Of a stretch of 64,000 nt of DNA, positions 36,507-45,846 are shown piece by piece. How positions within the stretch are numbered: the stretch's first letter is position 1; each line of letters starts with the position of its first letter. A model generated the notes under the pieces. The model saw nothing but the letters and a program-made list of their open reading frames with translations. It ran no database searches and was not told the DNA's origin. The position numbers were made by a program, and so were the translations under genes. Location: positions 124,001 through 188,000 of the IMG/VR virus record IMGVR_UViG_3300042691_042003. One strand, 5' to 3'.

Positions 36507-37969
36507 ATTCCATATTGATCTCGATAATTTTGAAATTCTTTTCTTATCTGAGATGCACTTCGAACTCCAATCCAAATTTTTGTCACTCCAATAGAACCTT
36601 TAAAAAATCTAGAAGGTCCATTACCCCATGCACCTATTCGCATAGAAGAACTAGAATAATTTATATTAACTCCTCCTGTAGGAGTATCAGATTCTACTAA
36701 TTCTCCGTTAAGATATGCTCTAGCTGTATCAGAAGGAGAAAAAGTTACTGCTATATGATACCAAGTATTTGAAGTCATAGCAGGAAAGTTGACAGATTTT
36801 TCTCCACCTCCTACTAAAGCAACAGCAAAATAATATTGATTAAGGGTAGAAGAATTCTGCTGAATTACCCAATTAGTATCGGAATCATGATTTGTATCAA
36901 TTATATTAGCGAATGCTACTTGAGAGCTTCCTGGTTTTACCCACATACTGATTGTAAAATTCTGTTGATTAAAACTAGACATAACTGAAATATAATCATC
37001 AGTACCATTAAAAGTAAACACTCCATATCTTTCGTAAGAAAAATAAGGAGGAGAACCAAATAAAGTAATTGGAAAACCGCCTGTTAGGCTTATTATCGAA
37101 GTTCCCGTACCTCCATATGATCTAATGTAAGAAGGATCGATATGAAGATATGAGTTATCTTGAGAATTAAAATTAGGATCGACAATTTTCAATATCCCTC
37201 TAATAGTTACATTAAAAGGATTTCTAGAAGTTTCTCCCCAACCTCCTAAGCTTGAAAAATTTAAAAACCCGTCTTGAGGGATTTCTGGCAAAGTGGGTAA
37301 AGAAAATATATTATCCAAAGGATTAGTACTAATACTTACTCCCCATTGGCCAGTTAATCCAGTAGAAGAAACGTCTAAGTAATTAGATCCGTCTATATCT
37401 ACCGAATAGGGCCAATAAACTGTCGGACTTTGTCCTAAATTTCCTGATCCATCTAATCTAAAAGGGATAGACCAATTTCCGTCGGTAAAAGATCCTCCAC
37501 CGACGCTTTCGAATGCTAGTTTCCAAATAAAATGTAGATATGAATTTCCTCTATTTATTCCTTTTGTATAAAAAAAGCAACTAATAGGTTTACAACCTAC
37601 TGTACCGTTTATTGAAGTTGAAATCATTACATATCCCCCTCCTCCTCCGAAATAAAAAGGATTCCAATTAATTTCCGGATAATTTATAACAGAAGCAGTA
37701 TCTAAAAAAGCTCCTGATCTTTTAAAATTTAAATTATGTAAGTAGCCATTTCCATAACCATTTGCCATATTTTGATTCGTTTCGTTCGCAGAAATAAATG
37801 CGTCATCGATTAAACCTTTAAAAGGTTGAATTGAAGGATTTCCATTCGAATTACGCCCTTTAAATATTAAAGCGGTTCCTCCACTATTAAAATTTATTTC
37901 ATATCCATCTTCAATGTATCCTGATCCCTGTTGAGGACCGCCTATTATTCTAGGATCATCTATTCTCAT
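36503..37969 (-). CDS. Gly/Ser-rich protein with C-terminal LamG-like jelly-roll (probable virion fibre/adhesin)
   Basis: FNGTDDY, FTISMWVKP, WYHIAVT, YLNGEL, FFKGSIG...EIRKEF pattern. Confidence 0.8.
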   Translation of the reverse strand: MRIDDPRIIGGPQQGSGYIEDGYEINFNSGGTALIFKGRNSNGNPSIQPFKGLIDDAFISANETNQNMANGYGNGYLHNLNFKRSGAFLDTASVINYPEINWNPFYFGGGGGYVMISTSINGTVGCKPISCFFYTKGINRGNSYLHFIWKLAFESVGGGSFTDGNWSIPFRLDGSGNLGQSPTVYWPYSVDIDGSNYLDVSSTGLTGQWGVSISTNPLDNIFSLPTLPEIPQDGFLNFSSLGGWGETSRNPFNVTIRGILKIVDPNFNSQDNSYLHIDPSYIRSYGGTGTSIISLTGGFPITLFGSPPYFSYERYGVFTFNGTDDYISVMSSFNQQNFTISMWVKPGSSQVAFANIIDTNHDSDTNWVIQQNSSTLNQYYFAVALVGGGEKSVNFPAMTSNTWYHIAVTFSPSDTARAYLNGELVESDTPTGGVNINYSSSSMRIGAWGNGPSRFFKGSIGVTKIWIGVRSASQIRKEFQNYRDQYGI

Positions 37970-38526
37970 GAATACATATTTATTTTTGCAACTCCATTTA
38001 TGTTTAGATTTAGGGTTTGTGAAGAACTAGTAGAAGTAACACCTACTAATATAGTAGGAGGGGATGTATTAGTGGTAGTAATTCTTAAACCGGAAATATC
38101 GACCTTTGTAAAATCTGTAGTTATAGTTGCCATTGTGTCATTATCGGTTCCAGTATAAATCAAAGATCCTATTGAATCAGGAGGAGTGAAAGACATAGAA
38201 AAAGCTCGATTAATATCTGTAGTTATTTCCCAAAATCCATAAAAATGAAAAAATCCTTTAGTTGGATCATTATAATTATTAGTTATCCGAAACCAATTGA
38301 AATCATTACCAAAAACATAATTTCCAACTAAAGATCTTTTAAAATTAAAAGGAGACCATTCTATATCTCCGTTCCATTTATTAAACTTAAAATAATCTAG
38401 AGAACAAAAATCTCTTGAATCAATAGTGGTTATTCCATGAGGTTGTATCAATTTATATGAAACAAAAGAAGCAAGAGCAGGATTATGTCCTAAGAGATTT
38501 TTAAAATTTGGACTATGTATTTTCAT
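37966..38526 (-). CDS. Hypothetical protein (possibly structural)
   Basis: 186-aa ORF co-directional and overlapping with the LamG gene. Confidence 0.6.
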   Translation of the reverse strand: MKIHSPNFKNLLGHNPALASFVSYKLIQPHGITTIDSRDFCSLDYFKFNKWNGDIEWSPFNFKRSLVGNYVFGNDFNWFRITNNYNDPTKGFFHFYGFWEITTDINRAFSMSFTPPDSIGSLIYTGTDNDTMATITTDFTKVDISGLRITTTNTSPPTILVGVTSTSSSQTLNLNINGVAKINMYS

Positions 38527-38546
38527 TTATAGATTACACCATTTAG

Positions 38547-38600
38547 TTTATCTATCTTCTTAATTTAATCTAATATATTATAATTTTAAGGATAGATAAA
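38547..38600. promoter_or_regulatory. Inverted repeat between divergent genes (back-to-back GATAAA motifs)
   Basis: TTTATCTATC (38547-38556) and GATAGATAAA (38591-38600) form a perfect 10-bp inverted repeat. Confidence 0.55.
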
Positions 38601-38617
38601 TTAAAGGAATATGTTAA

Positions 38618-39262
38618 ATGTATATAGACGATCTTTACTTACATAAAAAAGGTTATACTTTTTCTGCAGGATCAGGTAGTACATCCATTGATTCAATTTC
38701 ATCTGGACTTAGATTGCAGTATGAAGATGATTATCTTCCAAGTATAGAATCTTCAGCTATATTATCTTTTTTAGATAAAGATTCAGTGGATAAGATATTT
38801 TATACAATTACTAATGGAGGTAGTGCTTCGACTCTTAATTCGTGGGGAGCAACTGCTACGATTCTTAATTCATTTTGGCAGGTTATCGGTAAAAAGGTAG
38901 TTGATTTCAGATTAAGGATTTCTTTAAATACTCCTAGTAGCGGTTCTGCAGTAGGAGGAACAACCTATAAAATAAGAATTATTCCTCCTGCACCTTTAGT
39001 GATAAATAGTAGTTCTAAAAGCACTTCAAATGTAGCAGCAAATATATCTTTTGAAAGGACTTCTAGAGGAGGAGGAGGTCCTATTGAATATTATGTAAGT
39101 TCTTCTCCTCCTTATATGAATTATATGGATGTAGGTTCCGATGTTACAAATGAAGGAATTATAATAGATCTTAAGTTTAACGATTTTGCTCCTTGGTCTT
39201 TAGTAGATTTATATGGTCTTATATTGAATGTAAATGGTATGGCTTTTATTGAATCTTTTTGA
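38618..39262 (+). CDS. Hypothetical Ser/Gly-rich beta protein (possibly structural)
   Basis: 214-aa ORF divergent from 38526. Confidence 0.6.
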   Translation: MYIDDLYLHKKGYTFSAGSGSTSIDSISSGLRLQYEDDYLPSIESSAILSFLDKDSVDKIFYTITNGGSASTLNSWGATATILNSFWQVIGKKVVDFRLRISLNTPSSGSAVGGTTYKIRIIPPAPLVINSSSKSTSNVAANISFERTSRGGGGPIEYYVSSSPPYMNYMDVGSDVTNEGIIIDLKFNDFAPWSLVDLYGLILNVNGMAFIESF

Positions 39263-39287
39263 GAATCTTTCTTATACTTAACTTTGA

Positions 39288-39368
39288 TGTAATATCCGTG
39301 TACCTTTTTTGTTCATTTTGATTTTTTTCTGTAGAGAATTTGTATTATATTAGCTTTATCAAATTAAT
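39288..39368 (+). promoter_or_regulatory. Class I bipartite promoter (TGTAATA box plus TTTGTATTATATTAGC core)
   Basis: Box at 39288, core at 39339 (offset 51); near-identical copies at 51638, 52131 and 53587. Confidence 0.8.
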
Positions 39369-39377
39369 TATTCTCTT

Positions 39378-39623
39378 ATGGAACAATCTCCTAAATACTC
39401 TACAGCATACGTTAACGATCTGATGCAAGATCCTGACGTTCTCGGTCTTAACCTTGCTAATGCAACTCCTCAAGTCTTAAGTCTTATTTCTCTTTGGGCT
39501 TCTAAACAAGAATTCAAAGCTGCCGAAGAAGAACGTTACGAAGATGCTGCTCGTTACCGTGATATTCTAAAATGCAAAACGGTTTTCGTTCGTAAAGTAG
39601 ATGATGGATTCGAAATAATCTAA
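39378..39623 (+). CDS. UVR (UvrB/UvrC)-motif protein
   Basis: AAEEERYEDAARYRD. Confidence 0.7.
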   Translation: MEQSPKYSTAYVNDLMQDPDVLGLNLANATPQVLSLISLWASKQEFKAAEEERYEDAARYRDILKCKTVFVRKVDDGFEII

Positions 39624-39624
39624 T

Positions 39625-40095
39625 ATGTACTGTAAATGTTCAACTCGTATACCTGAGCCTCGTCTAAAGCTAGGTTACAAAACTTGCGTAAGTTGTTCGA
39701 CCGAAGCTCGATGGTCAGGTGTTCCTGTGATTAATCATAAAACAGGCAACGAAATTCAAATCGTTAAAGACCCTGAAGTAGCTGCTGAATTCCTCGCTAA
39801 AAGTGCACGAGTAGGTTTCGGAACATTACGTGGTATGACCACGAGTTATCGAAAACCGACGAATATAGTGTCTAAAATAAAAGAAATTCCAGTTAAACCT
39901 GCACCATCTACGATTGTTTCTAGAACTATCCTGCCTAATGAATTTGAAACCGTAGGTACAGAAGTTATGAACATCTTAGAAACTGAAGGTACGGAAGCCG
40001 CATATAATCATATACAAGTATCTCTTCAAAATCGTCGAATATTTGGAATTCACGCAAATCAGCTACGTTCAATTATACAAGCTCTACAAAAATGA
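39625..40095 (+). CDS. Protein with N-terminal DksA/TraR-like C4 zinc finger
   Basis: CKC..RIPEPRL...CVSC. Confidence 0.6.
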   Translation: MYCKCSTRIPEPRLKLGYKTCVSCSTEARWSGVPVINHKTGNEIQIVKDPEVAAEFLAKSARVGFGTLRGMTTSYRKPTNIVSKIKEIPVKPAPSTIVSRTILPNEFETVGTEVMNILETEGTEAAYNHIQVSLQNRRIFGIHANQLRSIIQALQK

Positions 40096-40601
40096 TCGAG
40101 GTTTTCTTTCCTAAAACGACTTACGAAAAATATCGATACTTGGGTTCTGTTCCTTGGGACGACGAAGGAGATATTTCTAAAGCAATGCTTCCTCTCGTCC
40201 TTCTAATGGATCATAAGGCAAAACCAGGTTGGTGTCCCCGTTGGTTTCTTCGCCTTCTTCATCGAGTAGGAAATCGTAACTCTTCAGTTAGAGTTTATAA
40301 TCGAACGCTGAGTAATCTTCTCCGTCACTTAACAAAAGGTTATTTCATTTGGGATTATAAAACGAAATGGAAAGACTACGATCTACGTATATCAATTTCA
40401 GGTGATGAAGAATGTTGGTTCCTTCTTAGAGCTATCGAACAAGCTTTTTACGATAGAGGTTTTAAAGAAGAGCTAATCGAAGAGCTAAAAGATCTCGATC
40501 CTAAAGGTTATTACAAAGGACTTCCTACCGAGGTTCTGAAAGTTAAATTGCTAGATTTACAAAATCAATCTCTTGAAGATGAAGAAGAAACAGAAATTTA
40601 A
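40092..40601 (+). CDS. Hypothetical protein
   Basis: Operonic; WCPRWFLRLL. Confidence 0.65.
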   Translation: MIEVFFPKTTYEKYRYLGSVPWDDEGDISKAMLPLVLLMDHKAKPGWCPRWFLRLLHRVGNRNSSVRVYNRTLSNLLRHLTKGYFIWDYKTKWKDYDLRISISGDEECWFLLRAIEQAFYDRGFKEELIEELKDLDPKGYYKGLPTEVLKVKLLDLQNQSLEDEEETEI

Positions 40602-40866
40602 AATCGAAAATCGTAGATCAGTCTTCTCTCCTCTAGAAGATTGGTGCACATTTTCAATCGGTAAAACTCATGATTTTATTGAAGTAACCGAATGGACAAA
40701 TGGAGAAGGTTATGATGTTCAAATATGTGATTCACAAAGAACAGTCCTCTCCTCTTTTACATGGGGTCAATTTCAACTTATTAAAAAGCTAATTAAACAT
40801 TTAGATGAAAGTACCAACAATTCCTCCGAAGGAGAAAGCAGATCAGCTACTCAAATCAATTCTTAA
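40573..40866 (+). CDS. Hypothetical protein
   Basis: DFIEVTEWTNGEGYDV. Confidence 0.6.
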   Translation: MKMKKKQKFKIENRRSVFSPLEDWCTFSIGKTHDFIEVTEWTNGEGYDVQICDSQRTVLSSFTWGQFQLIKKLIKHLDESTNNSSEGESRSATQINS

Positions 40867-41053
40867 ATCAATGGGTCTAAAAACTCATCATCAAATTTCC
40901 ATTGAAGAATATCTTGATGCTCGTGATTGTGCAAATGCTGCTATTGATGCTATCTTCGATTTTATGAAAGAAGATGATGAATTGCATGATTGTGCTCATT
41001 TTGCTAATTCTGTTTGGGTTGATTATTATATGAAAGTACGTAAAGAACTATGA
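40805..41053 (+). CDS. Hypothetical protein
   Basis: PKEKA..L...A..CA..AID..YY..V..EL pattern. Confidence 0.6.
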   Translation: MKVPTIPPKEKADQLLKSILKSMGLKTHHQISIEEYLDARDCANAAIDAIFDFMKEDDELHDCAHFANSVWVDYYMKVRKEL

Positions 41054-41283
41054 ACACTATACACAAAGGAAAAATTTACAAGGATAAAGAAGGAACCTGG
41101 TTAGTTCTATCCGATGAAACAACCTATCAACTACATCCTGACGATGTTGAACAAATTCTAAAAGATTCAAGAATTTTTGATAATCTCGAAGCAAGAATTC
41201 TCAATTTTCCTGATGTTCGATTTCGAATAGAAAAACATCAGAAATTTTCAGGGTCTATAAAATACGCAAAACTAGAAGAATAA
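41050..41283 (+). CDS. Hypothetical protein
   Basis: KGKIYK...W...YQLHPDD; similar to 34774. Confidence 0.6.
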   Translation: MNTIHKGKIYKDKEGTWLVLSDETTYQLHPDDVEQILKDSRIFDNLEARILNFPDVRFRIEKHQKFSGSIKYAKLEE

Positions 41284-41465
41284 TGGACTTTATATTAGGA
41301 CTAATTACATTAGCATTAGGATTAGGAATTTACTTTGCACCAACACTTATTGCAGGTAATACAAATCATCGTCAATTTACAGGAATTTTACTTCTTAATT
41401 TATTTTTAGGATGGACATTTATTGGTTGGGTCGCAGCTCTGATCTGGGCCGTAGTAAAAGATTAA
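41283..41465 (+). CDS. imm: Superinfection immunity protein (T4 Imm family)
   Basis: IYFAPTLIA...ILLLNLFLGWTFIGWVAALIWA. Confidence 0.85.
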   Translation: MDFILGLITLALGLGIYFAPTLIAGNTNHRQFTGILLLNLFLGWTFIGWVAALIWAVVKD

Positions 41466-41466
41466 A

Positions 41467-42183
41467 ATGAGTAAGAGATTTACTGATACTATCGATACTT
41501 ATTTTAAAGATATTGAGAATGTCTCTTCTCCTCTAACAAAAGAAGAAGAGAAGAAGCTTGCTATTAGAATACAAGGAGGAGATGAACGAGCCATCAATGA
41601 ACTCGTTATGCATAATCTAAAATTTGTAGTTCTGCTTGCAAATCGTTTCTCTCATTTAGGTGAAGCTCTTGACGATCTTATTCAAGAAGGAAATACCGGA
41701 CTTATTGAAGCCGCAAGAAGATTTACACCAGATAAAAATGTAAAGTTTATTACGTATGCACAATTTTGGATTCGTAAAAGATTAAACGAATTTATTGCAA
41801 GACACGGTAGAACTGTTAGAATTCCTCATAATCAGGAGTATGATGATTATAAAAAGAGGATTCGAGGAGAATCAGTTCCTGATCGATCTAATATTGAAAT
41901 AGATCGTCCTTTAGAGGAAGGAGATTCCATGACTATGGGAGATTTAATTCTTTCAGAAGAATTTTCAGATCCTTTCGAATCAGAAACCGATGATTCTCAT
42001 CTTTCAATTTTTTTAAATCAATTAAACGAAGAAGAGTTAAAAATTATTAAGCTTTTTTATGGAATTGAAGAAATAAAACCTCGTTCGACTAGAGAAATAG
42101 GAACCGAATTAAATCTAGAAGAAAGTCGAGTTAATCGAATTCTAAAAATCGCAAGAGCTAAAATGAGAAAAGTAATTAAATGA
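41467..42183 (+). CDS. Sigma-70 family factor (RpoD-like, no region 1.1)
   Basis: Y..DI...LTKEEE..LA, NLKFVV, DLIQEGN.GLIEAARRF...KFITYA.FWIR, RTVRIP, region 4 HTH. Confidence 0.9.
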   Translation: MSKRFTDTIDTYFKDIENVSSPLTKEEEKKLAIRIQGGDERAINELVMHNLKFVVLLANRFSHLGEALDDLIQEGNTGLIEAARRFTPDKNVKFITYAQFWIRKRLNEFIARHGRTVRIPHNQEYDDYKKRIRGESVPDRSNIEIDRPLEEGDSMTMGDLILSEEFSDPFESETDDSHLSIFLNQLNEEELKIIKLFYGIEEIKPRSTREIGTELNLEESRVNRILKIARAKMRKVIK

Positions 42184-42656
42184 AAAGAAAATCATTCTAC
42201 CTAATTCTACTTCTGACTTCAATTATTTGTTGTGGTCACGGACAAACGATTACCTTTATGTCTGGTATTGAGAGGGATCTCTCTTCTCAATCTCAAGCAC
42301 AAATTATACAAGGTGCACTTCCGAAAGCGAAAATTACAACATTCAAGCACACTGAAGTCGGTAAACTTATTACACATTCACGTAAGAACCCTAATTCAAT
42401 TATTATTCTTTTTTCAGCTGCTGCAAAGCATACTTATCGAGTAGTAACCGAAACAAATTCGGAAATTTGGATTGTCGAGCCTCATTACTCTTCGGCTAAA
42501 ACGATTAAAGACGCTATTAAGATAGGCTTTCCGAAGAGTCAAATTATTCTAGGACCTACGTCAATTCGAGGAGCTAATATTTCTACAGGTTGTCGAAGAA
42601 CTCCTAATGGTCTAAATCATTTTCAAGCTCTTAAATTCGTTACAACTCTTCTATGA
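42180..42656 (+). CDS. Secreted or lipoprotein hypothetical protein
   Basis: Signal peptide ending ICCG. Confidence 0.55.
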   Translation: MKRKSFYLILLLTSIICCGHGQTITFMSGIERDLSSQSQAQIIQGALPKAKITTFKHTEVGKLITHSRKNPNSIIILFSAAAKHTYRVVTETNSEIWIVEPHYSSAKTIKDAIKIGFPKSQIILGPTSIRGANISTGCRRTPNGLNHFQALKFVTTLL

Positions 42657-43228
42657 AATTCACACATATTAATCCAATACATGAAATGAAACTCTTCAAT
42701 GAAGAGATGAAGAAAGATGAAAAAATTAAAAAGGTTCGTTCTCTTCTAGAAGAAGCATTCAGAACTTTAGGTATAGAGAAAACTCCTTCAAATGAAGACA
42801 CTCCTATGAGAGTAGCTAAGATGTGGGTTAACGAACAGTTTTCTTCTCTTAATGAAACTCCTCCTTATTCAACTCTATTTGATTCCGAAGGTTATGATGA
42901 AGAAATTATCGTAAAAGATATTGAAGTAGCTACGACTTGTGAACATCACCTCCTTCCTATTATAGGAACAGCAACAGTTAGTTATATTCCTAATGGTCAT
43001 ATAATAGGTCTTTCGAAAATCAATCGAATTGTTCGTCATTTTTGTAAGAAGCCTCAAGTTCAAGAAAGACTTACCGTAGAAGTAGCCAATCATCTTAAAG
43101 AAATTCTTAACACTGAGGATGTAAAAGTTGTTATTGAAGCAAAACATTTTTGTGTTCATTTTAGAGGAATTGAGGATCATCATTCTACAACAAAAACTTC
43201 TTCTACACATGGATATTTTAAAAAATAA
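42653..43228 (+). CDS. folE: GTP cyclohydrolase I
   Basis: DTPMRVAKM, CEHHLLP, GLSKINR, PQVQERLT, HFCVHFRG. Confidence 0.93.
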   Translation: MKFTHINPIHEMKLFNEEMKKDEKIKKVRSLLEEAFRTLGIEKTPSNEDTPMRVAKMWVNEQFSSLNETPPYSTLFDSEGYDEEIIVKDIEVATTCEHHLLPIIGTATVSYIPNGHIIGLSKINRIVRHFCKKPQVQERLTVEVANHLKEILNTEDVKVVIEAKHFCVHFRGIEDHHSTTKTSSTHGYFKK

Positions 43229-43295
43229 ATGAAAAAAGGTTGATCCAAAATATAAATAAAGTTATATAATAATATAACTAAAATAATATTTTGAA

Positions 43296-45632
43296 ATGAA
43301 CCTTAAATCACTCATTATTGGAGCACTCCTATTCATAGTTCCAATAATATCACATTCACAAACTACAGTCACGATTGGTGGTGGTGGTACAATTACTTGT
43401 CCCAATGTTCCAACAGCTACCTGGACTACACCTCCTTCAGGAGTAACCTTTTCAAATTGGTCAAGAGGATCAGGTGTTACTTGTGCTTCCTCTTCTGATG
43501 GACTTTCAGGTAGTGGATTTAATACTACTTCTTATACAGCTTCACACACATCGAACAAATTTTTTAGATTTACTCTTACCACAAATTCAATCACATCAGT
43601 AAGAGTTTCTGCACTTACTTGGTTAACGACGGTTAGTTCAGGAGGTGCAAATTTCACTATTGCCTATCAAAATGCAGGAGGACCTCTTACTCAATTTGGT
43701 TCAACTCTAACCAATCCAATCACAAATTCATTTACTGGAACAGTTACTATCGCTCCTAGTACATCATGTATATTTTTTCTTATTCCTTCAGGGACTAATA
43801 GTTCGACTCGAACTGTAAGACTAATAAATGGATCTACAATAACTCTAAATCCAGTTCCTGTAATTAATACGAGTGGATCTCTCTCTTCTCGTTCAACAGT
43901 ATATGGAACTCCTTCTACTTCAACCTCTTTCAGCGTATCAGGAACTAATCTCACAGGTGGAATTACTATAACTCCTCCTTCTGCATACGAGGTTTCAACC
44001 TCTAACACGTTTGCAACCGTAGGAACTTCCACCTCACCACTCATCATAGGCACTTCAGGAACCGTTTCTTCTACGACTATATTTGTTCGACTGAGAGAAA
44101 CAGCTGTTCCAGGAACCTATAACTCGCAATCAATTACTCTAACTGCAACGAATGCTACGACAAGAATCGTTAATACCGCTTCTTCAGGAAATATCGTAAG
44201 TACAAAGGCACTAACCATTTCATCTCCTTCAGTTGTAACAAAAACCTACGACGGAACAAATACAGCTACGATTGTAGGAACTCTTACAGGAACTATCGGT
44301 ACCGATGTAGTAACCTTTATAGGATCCGGAACCTTCTCATCAGTAAATGCAGGAACCGGTATTTCAGTAACATCTTCTGCCACTCTTTCAGGAACTCATG
44401 CTTCTCGATATACTCTGACACAACCAACAGGTCTTTTAGGAAATATTACTAAGGCTAATCAAACCATCTCATTTGAACAACTTCCTTACAAATCTTCTTT
44501 AGATCTCCCTTTTGCTCCTATTGCAAGTGCAACTTCAAACCTACCTTTAATTGTTACCTCATCTAATTCGTCAGTGGCTTCTATACTTTCAGGAGAAATA
44601 CAAATAAATGGAATTGGAACTACGACTATTACGATTTCACAAGGAGGGGATGGAAATTGGAATCCAGCTACTTCCGTTAGTCAAGATCTAATTATAGACT
44701 ATCCAATTTCTCGTTGGTCATTCGAAACCTCAACCGTTAGTGGGATCGGACAAACACCTTCAATATCTTCTCCTTCTGCTGAGATAGGAGAGCAAAATTC
44801 CAATACCTCATTTACAGGATTTCATACATCACCTCTCACTGTTTGGACAAATTTTGTAGGCAATGGAGATGGTCGTTCAATATCTGCTGATCGTTGGACC
44901 GTAGGAGATTATTTTCAATTTACTCTCAATACGAAATACACAACAATTATCCGTCTCTCTTTCGACCAAAATTCTTCAGCAACGGGTCCTAAAGATTTCA
45001 GATTGCAATGGTCAATTGACGGAACAAACTTCACTAATATTGAAGATTATCAAATAGCATATAATACCGCTTCTAATACAGTTTATTCTTGGACGGCTAC
45101 TAATTATTTCTCTCAATCTACTCTCTCTTTCGATCTCTCTACAATAACCGAAATAAACGATCAATCTCAAGTTTTCTTTCGTCTTCTTAACACAACAAAT
45201 GGAGCTTTGCTAGGAGGAACGGTACAAACTGCAGGAACTTCACGTATAGATAATTTCTCTCTATTTGGTTCATTAGATATTCCTCTTCCTTTACAAATTC
45301 TAGATTTTAAAGGAACAGCTTATGAAAGGCAAAATTTTCTAAGATGGACTTTATCAGAACAAATATCGGTAACCGTTCAAAAATATATCAACGGTTCTTG
45401 GAAGGATCTATCTACAATTGAGGATTCTCGTTACATAGATTCTTTACCGGAAAGAATTTCATACTATCGATTAGTAACTGATTCGAATATTTCTAAGCCT
45501 ATATACATTCTCAATTCGTCTGTAGAAGGAGAAGAATTTCAATACTTCGATCTAACAGGAAGGCCTAACGAAACCTCTAAAATCCTCGTTCGTAAGTCTG
45601 CTATCGATTCTAAAATAATTATTAAGAATTAA
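43296..45632 (+). CDS. Secreted multi-domain Ser/Thr-rich protein with YDG-like domain and a degenerate T9SS-type C-terminus
   Basis: Signal peptide; KTYDGTNTA; ITKANQTISF; PLPLQILDFKG; C-terminal YFDLTGR...KIIIKN. Confidence 0.75.
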   Translation: MNLKSLIIGALLFIVPIISHSQTTVTIGGGGTITCPNVPTATWTTPPSGVTFSNWSRGSGVTCASSSDGLSGSGFNTTSYTASHTSNKFFRFTLTTNSITSVRVSALTWLTTVSSGGANFTIAYQNAGGPLTQFGSTLTNPITNSFTGTVTIAPSTSCIFFLIPSGTNSSTRTVRLINGSTITLNPVPVINTSGSLSSRSTVYGTPSTSTSFSVSGTNLTGGITITPPSAYEVSTSNTFATVGTSTSPLIIGTSGTVSSTTIFVRLRETAVPGTYNSQSITLTATNATTRIVNTASSGNIVSTKALTISSPSVVTKTYDGTNTATIVGTLTGTIGTDVVTFIGSGTFSSVNAGTGISVTSSATLSGTHASRYTLTQPTGLLGNITKANQTISFEQLPYKSSLDLPFAPIASATSNLPLIVTSSNSSVASILSGEIQINGIGTTTITISQGGDGNWNPATSVSQDLIIDYPISRWSFETSTVSGIGQTPSISSPSAEIGEQNSNTSFTGFHTSPLTVWTNFVGNGDGRSISADRWTVGDYFQFTLNTKYTTIIRLSFDQNSSATGPKDFRLQWSIDGTNFTNIEDYQIAYNTASNTVYSWTATNYFSQSTLSFDLSTITEINDQSQVFFRLLNTTNGALLGGTVQTAGTSRIDNFSLFGSLDIPLPLQILDFKGTAYERQNFLRWTLSEQISVTVQKYINGSWKDLSTIEDSRYIDSLPERISYYRLVTDSNISKPIYILNSSVEGEEFQYFDLTGRPNETSKILVRKSAIDSKIIIKN

Positions 45633-45763
45633 TGGAATCTAAATTTAAATCTGAACTAGAAAAACTAGAAAAACTAGAATCCGAAAGAGATTCTAATTTT
45701 CCTTTAATTATTGCATTTGTTGCAATAGGAATAATGATAATAGGTTGTTATTTTCTATTCTAA
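45632..45763 (+). CDS. Small single-TM protein (not in the ORF track)
   Basis: MESKFKSELEKLEKLESERDSNFPLIIAFVAIGIMIIGCYFLF*; TAATG overlap. Confidence 0.55.
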   Translation: MESKFKSELEKLEKLESERDSNFPLIIAFVAIGIMIIGCYFLF

Positions 45764-45767
45764 TTGT

Positions 45768-45793
45768 AAGTCTCGATTCGTCGAGACTTTTTT
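45768..45793 (+). terminator. Intrinsic terminator
   Basis: AAGTCTCGA-TTCG-TCGAGACTT followed by a T run. Confidence 0.85.
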
Positions 45794-45846
45794 AGTCGGT
45801 AATTTTTTCGAATATATAATAAAAGGATTTATTTGAAGAAATACTT

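Noticed and set aside
42653-43228. Complete 7-deazaguanine modification cluster
   Set aside because: Only folE is present in the window.
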